A stretch of 45,930 bases of DNA from Clostridium sp. Its GTDB lineage: Bacteria; Bacillota; Clostridia; Acetivibrionales; Acetivibrionaceae. Below the pieces are notes generated by a model. That model saw only the letters and a list, made by a program, of their open reading frames with translations. It did no database searches and was not told where the DNA came from. A program made the position numbers and the translations under genes. The stretch covers positions 1-45,930 of the forward strand of contig JAAYTO010000102.1 in assembly GCA_012523755.1 (NCBI GenBank), given 5' to 3'. Below, piece by piece: positions 38,289 through 45,930 of the stretch. Position 1 is the first letter of the stretch, and each line of letters starts with the position of its first letter.

Positions 38289-39545
38289 ATGAAGGTACTT
38301 TATTTTGATTGCTTTTCGGGTATAAGTGGAGATATGGTTTTAGGAGCCCTTATAGATTTGGGTATTGATGTTGAAGTTTTTAAAAATGAACTGCAAAAAC
38401 TCGGTTTAGACGATTTTGATATTTCTGTTGAAAAAAAGATGAAAAGTTCAATAACTGTGACTGATGTTGACGTTTTAATAAAAGAGAAGGGTCATGACCA
38501 TGTTCATAACCATGGCTACGAAAAGGAACAACATCATGATCATGGCTGTGAAGACGGTCATCATGGCGGACATCATCATCACCATGCTTCCGCCCGCAAC
38601 CTTGCGGATATTGAAAAAATTATCGATGACAGCAGTTTAAAGGACAGTGTGAAGCAGCTCAGCAAGAAGATTTTCAGTGAGATAGCCCGGGCAGAGGCAA
38701 AGGTTCACAATAAGCCTGTAAGTGATGTTCATTTTCATGAGGTGGGAGCTATCGATTCCATAGTGGACATTGTGGGAGCTGCAATTTGTATTGATCTTTT
38801 AAATGTGGATCGGATTTACTCATCGCCTTTACATGACGGGACTGGCTTTATCGAGTGTCAGCACGGGAAATTGCCTGTGCCGGTACCTGCAGTTATGGAG
38901 ATGCTCACGGAGAGCAAAATACCCTATATAATTGAAGACGTTAATACGGAACTCATAACCCCTACGGGTATTGGAATCATAAAGACTATTGCATCCGGAT
39001 TCGGCACCATGCCGCCAATGACGGTGGACAGAGTGGGGTACGGAGCAGGAAAAAGGGAGACCGGAAGGTTTAACGCACTAAGGTGTGTTCTGGGGACAAC
39101 CGATGGAGAAGGCATTGAGGATAACGAAATAGCGGTCCTGGAGACCAATATTGATGATATGAATCCTGAGGTGTTGGGTTATGTAATGGATTTGCTTTTT
39201 GAAAGTGGTGCATTGGATGTGTTTTATACGCCGGTGTACATGAAGAAGAACAGACCCGGTGTTATGCTAACAGTGCTGTCAGAAAAAGAGAAAGAAAAGA
39301 AGCTTGTGGACATTATATTAAAGGAAACGTCGACACTGGGGATAAGAAAGACTTCAACCATAAGGTATGTGATGAACCGTGAAAACAGGTATGTTGACAC
39401 GGAGTTTGGGAAAATAAGCGTTAAAGAAGCATATTTGGGAGGCATTAAAAAGTCTGCTCCCGAGTTTGAAGATTGCCAAAAAGCTGCCCAAGAGCATAAA
39501 GTGCCTTTATGGAAGGTCTATAATGCAGCGATAAAACAGATTTAA
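38289..39545 (+). CDS. larC: Nickel insertion protein LarC
   Basis: DCFSGISGDM, His-rich stretch, HFHEVGAIDS, TPTG, ETNIDD, MKKNRPG, PEFED. Confidence 0.92.
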   Translation: MKVLYFDCFSGISGDMVLGALIDLGIDVEVFKNELQKLGLDDFDISVEKKMKSSITVTDVDVLIKEKGHDHVHNHGYEKEQHHDHGCEDGHHGGHHHHHASARNLADIEKIIDDSSLKDSVKQLSKKIFSEIARAEAKVHNKPVSDVHFHEVGAIDSIVDIVGAAICIDLLNVDRIYSSPLHDGTGFIECQHGKLPVPVPAVMEMLTESKIPYIIEDVNTELITPTGIGIIKTIASGFGTMPPMTVDRVGYGAGKRETGRFNALRCVLGTTDGEGIEDNEIAVLETNIDDMNPEVLGYVMDLLFESGALDVFYTPVYMKKNRPGVMLTVLSEKEKEKKLVDIILKETSTLGIRKTSTIRYVMNRENRYVDTEFGKISVKEAYLGGIKKSAPEFEDCQKAAQEHKVPLWKVYNAAIKQI

Positions 39546-39548
39546 CAT

Positions 39549-39606
39549 AAAAAATGCGGAAGACTCTGCAACTTGCATTAAAGTGCTTCTTCCGTATTTT
39601 TTCACC
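39549..39606. repeat. Degenerate family A hairpin / terminator after larC
   Basis: aaaaatgcggaaga ... tcttccgtatttttt; arms resemble family A (aaaaatgtggaaga) and it also contains tgcaactt. Confidence 0.55.
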
Positions 39607-39651
39607 CTTATAACTTACACCTGTTAACGGAATAGATGCGGAGAGAAAAAC

Positions 39652-40584
39652 ATGCTTTACAACAAATTTTCATCCTATTTAAAAAACAAATACGGGACGA
39701 AGGTATATAAGCTGCCACTGAACCTGCCTGTCACATGCCCGAACCGCGACGGTAAAATCAGTGACAAGGGCTGCATTTTTTGCGGTGAGGAAGGGGCAGG
39801 TTTTGAGAACCTTCCCAACTGCCTTGGAATAAAGGAACAGCTTAAGCTAAATTCCAAATATATTGGGGCAAACTATAATTCGGACAAGTTTATCGCATAT
39901 TTTCAAAATTACACAAATACCTATCTTTCCCTTCCGGATTTTAAAAGATATATTAGTGAGGCGTTGGCAGAAAACATTGTTGCCCTTTATATATCCACCC
40001 GACCTGACTGTATAAGGGAATCGTACCTTGACTTTTTGAAGGAAATCAAAACTTCAAAAGGAGTGGATATTGTAATAGAGTTGGGATTGCAGACCGTCAA
40101 TTACCACACTCTGAGGCTTTTAAACCGGGGACACCTTTTGGCGGAGTTTATTGACGCAGTTTTGGCGGTAAAGTCCTATGGGTTGGAATCCTGTGCCCAT
40201 TACATACTGGACTTGCCGATGGATTCTTTAGAGGATGTGATTGAAGGTGCAAGAATACTGTCGGCTTTGGGTGTAAACCAGGTAAAGTGCCATTCTCTTT
40301 ATATTCTAAAGGGCACGACATTGGGAGAGATGTACGAACGGGAAGAAATTCAGCCCTTAAGTTTAGAGGAATACATAGATAGGGCAGTGTCTTTTCTCGA
40401 ATATCTTAACCCTTCTATTGTGGTACAAAGGCTTATGGGCCGTGCACCGAAAGAAAGAACCCTCTTTTGCAACTGGGGAATGAGTTGGTGGAAAATACAT
40501 GACCTTATTGAAAAGAAAATGACTGAGGAAGGCAGTTATCAGGGAAAGAGATTTGACTACTTGAACGGTAGTGCCCTTACATAG
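39652..40584 (+). CDS. Radical SAM protein, TIGR01212/YhcC family
   Basis: TCPNRDG....GCIFC, YFQNYTNTY, TRPDC, ELGLQT. Confidence 0.88.
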   Translation: MLYNKFSSYLKNKYGTKVYKLPLNLPVTCPNRDGKISDKGCIFCGEEGAGFENLPNCLGIKEQLKLNSKYIGANYNSDKFIAYFQNYTNTYLSLPDFKRYISEALAENIVALYISTRPDCIRESYLDFLKEIKTSKGVDIVIELGLQTVNYHTLRLLNRGHLLAEFIDAVLAVKSYGLESCAHYILDLPMDSLEDVIEGARILSALGVNQVKCHSLYILKGTTLGEMYEREEIQPLSLEEYIDRAVSFLEYLNPSIVVQRLMGRAPKERTLFCNWGMSWWKIHDLIEKKMTEEGSYQGKRFDYLNGSALT

Positions 40585-40665
40585 CAATACAATCATTTAA
40601 ATGATTTATATAAATTGCATTATTGCTTTCTGGCTATAATGAATAAAGGTAATTAAAGATGATGA

Positions 40666-40837
40666 AAGGTGAAGATAAATATGGAAGAAACATTGTGGAG
40701 CAAGTCGTAGAGCCTGTTAATACGACGAGGAAAGGGAGAGCATTGTTTGAACGAAGTGAGTTTTGCTCGACCCCGAGGAGTATTTACAGGCGGCTAGACT
40801 TGCGGAACTCAAGTTTCTGGAATATTTACTTCACCTT
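40666..40837 (+). repeat. Repeat family A, longest copy (~172 bp nested palindrome; REP/MITE-like)
   Basis: Outer IR aaggtgaagataaatat/atatttacttcacctt; inner IR gcaagtc..gcctgttaatac/gtatttacaggc..gacttgc; apical gagca..tgctc hairpin around tgtttgaacgaagtgagttt. Confidence 0.85.
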
Positions 40838-40929
40838 GGCATATACTCTCATCCGACTGCGTTTTTCGGCCAATATACCTCTTATCTGGTAGCATATCCC
40901 TTAGTCTTCATTATTCCAAACGATACCCC

Positions 40930-42324
40930 TTATTCTTTGCTTTTCAAGTATTCATCAATTGCCTTTGCGGCATTTTTGCCCGCACCCATTGCCAGAATAA
41001 CTGTTGCCGCCCCCGTTACCACATCTCCACCGGCATAAACCCCTTCTATGCTGGTGGCACCGGTTTTTTCATCGGCTATTATACCGCCCCATTTCTGAGT
41101 ATCTAATCCGGGAGAGGTGGAGGTGAGCAATGGGTTTGGACTTTGACCTATGGCAATAATTGCCGTTTCCACTTCAATGATATGTTCGGAGCCTGTCTTT
41201 GCCACTGGTCTTCTTCTTCCCGATGCATCCGGCTCACCCAACTCCATTTCAACACATTCCAAGCCCTTTACCCAGCCGTCCTCCGTGCCGAGAATTTTTG
41301 TCGGGTTTGTAAGGAGCTTGAACACGATGCCCTCTTCCTTTGCGTGATGAACCTCTTCAAGTCTTGCGGGCATTTCAGCTTCAGAGCGGCGGTACACTAT
41401 ATATACGTTTTGTGCCCCAAGCCTTTTGGCACATCTTGCCGCATCCATTGCAACATTTCCGCCGCCAACCACCGCAACGTTTTTCCCAACCCTTATAGGC
41501 GTATCATATTCAGGGAACTTATATGCCTTCATGAGGTTTATTCTTGTGAGGAACTCATTGGCAGAGTAAACTCCATTGAGGTTTTCCCCGGGAATATTCA
41601 TAAATTTGGGCAGACCTGCACCAGAGCCTATAAATATGGCCTCATAACCCTCTTCCTTGAGTTCTTCTAAAGAATAAACCTTTCCTATAACCATATTGGT
41701 TTTAATTTCCACACCCAGTTCTTTAATAGTGTCTATTTCTTTTTGTACCAGTTCTTTTGGCAGCCTGAACTCCGGAATTCCGTACATTAATACGCCTCCG
41801 GGCACATGGAATGCTTCAAAAACAGTGACGTCATAACCCATTTTTGCCAAATCACCGGCACATGTCAGCCCAGCAGGACCGGAACCGATTATTGCAACTT
41901 TTTTTCTATTCTTATCAGGCTTTTCAACAGAAGCTTTTACGTTTTTCATATACCAGTCGGCTACAAACCTTTCGAGCCTACCTATAGCTACCGGTTCTCC
42001 TTTAATACCCCGTACACAATAATACTCACACTGGGTCTCCTGGGGACAGACCCTTCCGCATATGGCAGGAAGGCTGTTAGTTTCTTTAATTTTATGGTAT
42101 GCCTCTTCAAATTTACCCTGAGCCACCAGACCAATAAACTCAGGAATTTTTACATTGACCGGACACCCCCCTACGCAAGGTTTGTTTTTGCAGTCTAAAC
42201 ACCTTTGTGCTTCCTCAATGGCCATCTGCTCGGTGTAACCCGTAGCCACCTCTGAAAAGTTTTTGTTTCTGACATCCGGTGCCTGTTCGGGCATCGAAAC
42301 CTTTTTCAAAGACATATTAGGCAT
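40930..42324 (-). CDS. nfnB: NfnB, large subunit of the electron-bifurcating NADH-dependent reduced ferredoxin:NADP+ oxidoreductase (GltD-like)
   Basis: RCLDCKNKPCVGGCP and CGRVCPQETQCE Fe-S motifs, GSGPAG, GGGNVAMD. ATG at 42324 overlaps the nfnA stop. Confidence 0.9.
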   Translation of the reverse strand: MPNMSLKKVSMPEQAPDVRNKNFSEVATGYTEQMAIEEAQRCLDCKNKPCVGGCPVNVKIPEFIGLVAQGKFEEAYHKIKETNSLPAICGRVCPQETQCEYYCVRGIKGEPVAIGRLERFVADWYMKNVKASVEKPDKNRKKVAIIGSGPAGLTCAGDLAKMGYDVTVFEAFHVPGGVLMYGIPEFRLPKELVQKEIDTIKELGVEIKTNMVIGKVYSLEELKEEGYEAIFIGSGAGLPKFMNIPGENLNGVYSANEFLTRINLMKAYKFPEYDTPIRVGKNVAVVGGGNVAMDAARCAKRLGAQNVYIVYRRSEAEMPARLEEVHHAKEEGIVFKLLTNPTKILGTEDGWVKGLECVEMELGEPDASGRRRPVAKTGSEHIIEVETAIIAIGQSPNPLLTSTSPGLDTQKWGGIIADEKTGATSIEGVYAGGDVVTGAATVILAMGAGKNAAKAIDEYLKSKE

Positions 42325-43162
42325 GCCTATCCACCCCCAATTTGCAGGCATGTTTTTCGGAAGATTTGTCTTCTTCTTTTTTATAAATATTTTGTCTTCT
42401 TATTGCTTCATCAAAATCCACTAAATGCCCGTCAAAATCAGGACCGTCTACACATGCGAACTTTGTTTCTCCGCCTACTGTTACTCTACATCCTCCACAC
42501 ATACCTGTGCCGTCAATCATAACAGGATTCATGCTTACAATGGTTTTTATTCCGTATTGCTTTGTGAGGCTGCTTACAAACTTCATCATTACCAAAGGAC
42601 CAATTGCTATTACTAGGTCATACTTGTTGCCTTCTTCTATCAATTCTTTAAGAACATCGGTAACAAAGCCTTTTTTTCCATTGGATCCATCGTCTGTGGT
42701 AATGTAAAGCTTGCTGCTTGCAGCTTCCATTTTATCTTCCAGTATAATGAGGTCTTTATTTCTAAAACCTATAATTGAATGAACTTCGACACCCATCAAT
42801 TTTAATTTTTGGGCTTGGGGGTAAGCTATTGCTGTTCCAAGCCCTCCTCCAATTACTGCTGCTTTTTTGATGTTCTCAAAATGAGATGCTTTTCCTAAAG
42901 GACCGACAAAATCAAGTATAAAGTCTCCTTCGTTAAGTGCACCCAAGGCCATGGTGGTTTTTCCTACCTCTTGAAATATGATGGTGACGGTGCCTTTGGT
43001 ACGATCATAATCTGCTATGGTCAAGGGGATTCTTTCTCCGTTTTCATTTACCCGAAGAATAATAAACTGCCCCGGTTCTGCCTTTTTAGCTATATGTGGG
43101 GCGTCTATCTCCATCAGCTTAACCTGAGGATTAAGAACCTCCTTTTTTACTATTTTGAACAT
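42317..43162 (-). CDS. nfnA: NfnA, small subunit (PyrK-like flavoprotein with [2Fe-2S])
   Basis: ERIPLTI, GPLG, GGGLG, MIDGTGMCGGC...CVDGP. ATG at 43162 with an aaggag RBS. Confidence 0.9.
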   Translation of the reverse strand: MFKIVKKEVLNPQVKLMEIDAPHIAKKAEPGQFIILRVNENGERIPLTIADYDRTKGTVTIIFQEVGKTTMALGALNEGDFILDFVGPLGKASHFENIKKAAVIGGGLGTAIAYPQAQKLKLMGVEVHSIIGFRNKDLIILEDKMEAASSKLYITTDDGSNGKKGFVTDVLKELIEEGNKYDLVIAIGPLVMMKFVSSLTKQYGIKTIVSMNPVMIDGTGMCGGCRVTVGGETKFACVDGPDFDGHLVDFDEAIRRQNIYKKEEDKSSEKHACKLGVDRHA

Positions 43163-43211
43163 TAGTGCGACTCCTTTCAAAATAAAAAATGTGTGTTATT
43201 TATTAAGACTA

Positions 43212-43240
43212 ATTTTAAATATAATATGTCTTTAAGTCAA
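43212..43240 (-). promoter_or_regulatory. sigmaA promoter of nfnAB
   Basis: Minus strand TTGACT-17-TAAAAT. Confidence 0.6.
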
Positions 43241-43304
43241 TCAAAGTCATGAGAAAAAAATGTTTTTATGAATAAGTACGTTTATAATATTTTAAAAAAT
43301 TTTT

Positions 43305-43333
43305 TTGCATTGTATGCCGATTTCCGATATAAT
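43305..43333 (+). promoter_or_regulatory. sigmaA promoter upstream of the guaA leader
   Basis: TTGCAT-17-TATAAT. Confidence 0.7.
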
Positions 43334-43342
43334 TTTCAATAT

Positions 43343-43425
43343 AACGAGGCGATAAATGTCTTATGCTTCTATAAGTGGCGGGTACAGATTTGCCTTTGAG
43401 GCGGTGAATAATCTTGTGCCTCGTT
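43343..43425 (+). ncRNA. Candidate structured leader RNA or sRNA (class unknown)
   Basis: Starts at the predicted TSS. Closing helix AACGAGGC/GCCTCGTT with internal hairpins cttat/ataag, gcct/aggc and agatt/aatct. Confidence 0.4.
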
Positions 43426-43440
43426 GAAATACCGCGGAAG

Positions 43441-43493
43441 TAAGAAAATTTTCCTATAATCGAAAAATTTTCTTTGAACCAGGGTGTTATAAT
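43441..43493 (+). repeat. Repeat family B, copy 3 (faces guaA)
   Basis: taagaaaattttcctataatcgaaaaattttctttgaaccagggtgttataat. Confidence 0.85.
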
Positions 43494-43510
43494 TATGGTG
43501 TTATAATTAT
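43483..43510 (+). repeat. Perfect 14-bp tandem duplication of an extended -10 element
   Basis: ggtgttataattat twice. Confidence 0.9.
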
Positions 43511-43547
43511 TATTGAACATTATTCTATATTTGAAGGGGATGTTAAT

Positions 43548-45083
43548 TTGAATAATGAATTGGTTTTGGTTCTTGATTTTGGAGGGCAGCATAATCAGCT
43601 AATCGCAAGAAGGATAAGAGAGGCCAATGTATACTGTGAGGTTATTCCATATAATTCTTCTGCAGATAAGATAAAAAAGTTAAATCCGAAGGGAATTATT
43701 TTGGCTGGGGGATCCAGGTCGGTCTTAAACCCTAAGGCTCCTGTTTGCGACCGTGGGGTGTTTGAGCTGGGTATTCCTGTTTTGGGTATTAACTATGGTA
43801 TGCATTTAATGAGTTATGTATTGGGCGGAAGTGTGGAAAACGGCGAGCAGGGAGAATACGGGAAAGTAAGCATAAATGTTGATGCCGAAAGCGAGTTGTT
43901 TGAAGGAATTAGTGTAAATACGACATGTTGGATGAGTCCTGCCTATTATGTAAAAAATCTTCCGGAAGGGTTTGTAAAAAGTGCTTATACGCTGAATTGT
44001 CCTGTAGGTGCAATGGAGAACAGAGACAAGAAGTTATATGGGGTTCAGTTCCATCCAGAAGTTGTTCATACAGCACAAGGCACGGAAATTCTAAAGAATT
44101 TCCTTTACAACATATGCGGTTGTTCCGGTGATTGGAAAGTCAGTTCCTTTGTTGAGCAATCCATTAATGCCATAAAAGAAAAGATAGGTGACAAAAAGGT
44201 TCTTTGTGCCTTGTCCGGTGGTGTGGATTCTTCTGTGGCGGCGGTCTTGATTCATAAGGCGGTAGGAAAACAACTGACATGTATTTTTGTAGACCATGGG
44301 CTTTTAAGAAAGTATGAAGCGGATCAGGTGGAAGAAGTATTTAAAAATCAGTATGATATAAATTTGATAAGGGTCAATGAGGAAGAAAGATTTTTAGGAA
44401 AGCTCAAAGGAGTTACTGACCCTGAAAGAAAAAGGAAGATAATAGGCGAGGAATTTATAAGGGTCTTTGAAGCCGAAGCCAAAAAAATCGGTGCCGTGGA
44501 TTTTTTGGTACAGGGCACCATTTATCCCGATGTAATTGAAAGCGGGGTTGGCGATGCAGCAGTTATAAAGAGCCACCACAATGTAGGTGGGCTTCCGGAA
44601 CATGTGGATTTTAAGGAGATAATTGAGCCCTTGAGAAACCTGTTTAAGGATGAGGTAAGAAAGGTGGGGCTGGAACTGGGCATACCCGAGGAGATAGTTA
44701 TGAGACAGCCTTTCCCGGGACCGGGTCTCGCTATAAGGATTATTGGAGAGGTTACCAAAGAGAAGCTGGATATTCTGAGGGATACGGATTATATTTTCCG
44801 GGAAGAGATTAAGAATGCCGGGTTAGCAACAGAGATAAACCAATATTTTACCGTGCTTACCGGAATGAGAAGTGTAGGTGTTAAGGGCAATGAAAGGACA
44901 TACGACTATACTCTTGCATTAAGGGCGGTTACCACTACCGATTTTATGACGGCGGACTGGGCTAGAATTCCCTATGATTTGCTCGAAAAAATATCAAACA
45001 GGATTGTAAATGAAGTAGGGCATATAAACAGGATTGTATACGACATAACAAGCAAGCCACCGGCAACAATCGAGTGGGAGTAG
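43548..45083 (+). CDS. guaA: GMP synthase with a degenerate glutaminase active site
   Basis: PP-loop [22 protein letters not shown] and terminal KPPATIEWE are intact. The GATase elbow reads GINYGMH instead of GICYGMQ. Confidence 0.93.
   Translation: MNNELVLVLDFGGQHNQLIARRIREANVYCEVIPYNSSADKIKKLNPKGIILAGGSRSVLNPKAPVCDRGVFELGIPVLGINYGMHLMSYVLGGSVENGEQGEYGKVSINVDAESELFEGISVNTTCWMSPAYYVKNLPEGFVKSAYTLNCPVGAMENRDKKLYGVQFHPEVVHTAQGTEILKNFLYNICGCSGDWKVSSFVEQSINAIKEKIGDKKVLCALSGGVDSSVAAVLIHKAVGKQLTCIFVDHGLLRKYEADQVEEVFKNQYDINLIRVNEEERFLGKLKGVTDPERKRKIIGEEFIRVFEAEAKKIGAVDFLVQGTIYPDVIESGVGDAAVIKSHHNVGGLPEHVDFKEIIEPLRNLFKDEVRKVGLELGIPEEIVMRQPFPGPGLAIRIIGEVTKEKLDILRDTDYIFREEIKNAGLATEINQYFTVLTGMRSVGVKGNERTYDYTLALRAVTTTDFMTADWARIPYDLLEKISNRIVNEVGHINRIVYDITSKPPATIEWE
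45072..45083 (+). mobile_element. Candidate att core at the guaA 3' end (left border of an island)
   Basis: GAGTGGGA core at the gene end, a known integration hotspot, followed by AT-rich DNA and an XRE gene. No integrase in the window. Confidence 0.4.
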
Positions 45084-45212
45084 TTAAATAAAAGGAGAAA
45101 AGCCCGTAAAATAAGGGTTTGCAGGTGGTCAAAAAGACCGACTGGAACTAAATTGGGTAAAAAAGTTTTTAAGAATAATAAGTATAATAGTATCAAGTGG
45201 ATTGCAAATAGA

Positions 45213-45252
45213 GACGCCATAGAGATCTGAGTAGGATTCTATGGTGTTTTTT
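45213..45252 (+). terminator. Rho-independent terminator downstream of guaA
   Basis: gacgccatag ... ctatggtgtt followed by a T-run. Confidence 0.7.
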
Positions 45253-45256
45253 GTAT

Positions 45257-45360
45257 CAAAAGAGGTCGAAATCGACCAGTTTAAAAAATAATATTTAACC
45301 GCCTCGAAATCGACACGATTAGTAATTATATTTTAACCCCATCGAATTCGATAGGGTTAA
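45257..45360. repeat. Three TCGAWWTCGA-centred palindromes at an exact 38-bp period
   Basis: Cores start at 45266, 45304 and 45342; the third is the near-perfect ttaaccccatcgaattcgatagggttaa. Confidence 0.75.
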
Positions 45361-45390
45361 ACTTTGAGTTATAATTTCATAATATAATAT

Positions 45391-45819
45391 TTATTTTCTA
45401 AACCTAGATTTTTTAGGATAGGACAATTTCCAATCATCAAACTCCTCATCAGAAATCTCACCATTATAGTGTTTCCTTCTCATTTCATCCCATTCTAATA
45501 AAAAATCATTAAAATCCATGTCATGGGAAATAAGCCCTCTTGTGGAATCTTCAACTAAAGGCCTTATCTTTAATATCTCTTCATAATCAAAAAGTATTTG
45601 CATAAATTCAAAATTAGAAATAGGGCTATAATCAATCAAGGCAGAAACATCACAGTCTAGGGCATCAGCAATTTTTACTAGCTGCTCTTTACTAGGAGAC
45701 CTGTAGCCTAGTTCATAATTTCTTATAGCTGAGTCAGTAAGATCCGATTTTATAGCTAATTCTTTTTGTGTCAATTTTCTTAGCAATCTTAGTTTTTTTA
45801 ACTTTTCACTAGAAATCAT
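45391..45819 (-). CDS. XRE-family HTH regulator (island-type)
   Basis: LKKLR...LTQKELA...LTDSAIRNYELGYRSP...IADAL; markedly AT-rich codons. Confidence 0.85.
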   Translation of the reverse strand: MISSEKLKKLRLLRKLTQKELAIKSDLTDSAIRNYELGYRSPSKEQLVKIADALDCDVSALIDYSPISNFEFMQILFDYEEILKIRPLVEDSTRGLISHDMDFNDFLLEWDEMRRKHYNGEISDEEFDDWKLSYPKKSRFRK

Positions 45820-45930
45820 ATAAAGCTCCTTTCCCTATATTAATATCTATTTTATCATAGTATATCACTAATAGCAACAGAAGTGAACTATTAAAAATTA
45901 AAGCAAATAGGATAAAATATGGCAATAAAA

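Noticed and set aside
40659-41038. 77-aa and 91-aa ORFs
   Set aside because: They run through the family A repeat, and the longer one runs antisense into nfnB; likely spurious.
40930-42324. Glutamate synthase small subunit (gltD) call
   Set aside because: Paired with an NfnA-type gene and no gltB present, so nfnB is better supported.
43190-43211. Rex box at the nfnAB promoter
   Set aside because: Half-site spacing is off by one and there are several mismatches.
43340-43440. Purine (guanine) riboswitch upstream of guaA
   Set aside because: Lacks the conserved TATAA..ATATGG..GTTTCTACC..CCGTAAA pattern.

Overview
AT-rich chromosomal window from an anaerobic Firmicute. Gene order and protein motifs point to a cellulolytic Acetivibrio/Hungateiclostridium relative of Clostridium thermocellum (from recalled synteny, not a database search). 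It is mostly core metabolism: malE, mdh, pflB, PPi-dependent pfk, fba, glgP, nfnAB, guaA, prfB (+1 frameshift), trxA, lepB, alaR/alaT-like genes, larB/larC, a 2-hydroxyacyl-CoA dehydratase/activase-type operon, EndoQ and two ABC systems. Both ends look like accessory-island borders: rlmD-3'-end scars on the left and a guaA-3' insertion site on the right. Features the ORF track misses or does not explain: (1) a ZTP (pfl) riboswitch 26 nt after the pfk stop, controlling pflB; (2) a 51-aa Spo0E-family gene divergent from an XRE repressor with paired operators; (3) a GuaA whose glutaminase active site is degenerate (catalytic Cys replaced by Asn) while the synthetase half is intact; (4) a ~170-bp nested-palindrome REP/MITE-like family with about 7 copies, all just 3' of genes; (5) an ungapped 53-bp palindrome plus extended -10 module upstream of three unrelated genes; (6) an unclassified structured RNA upstream of guaA. 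Coordinates and identities were counted by hand.
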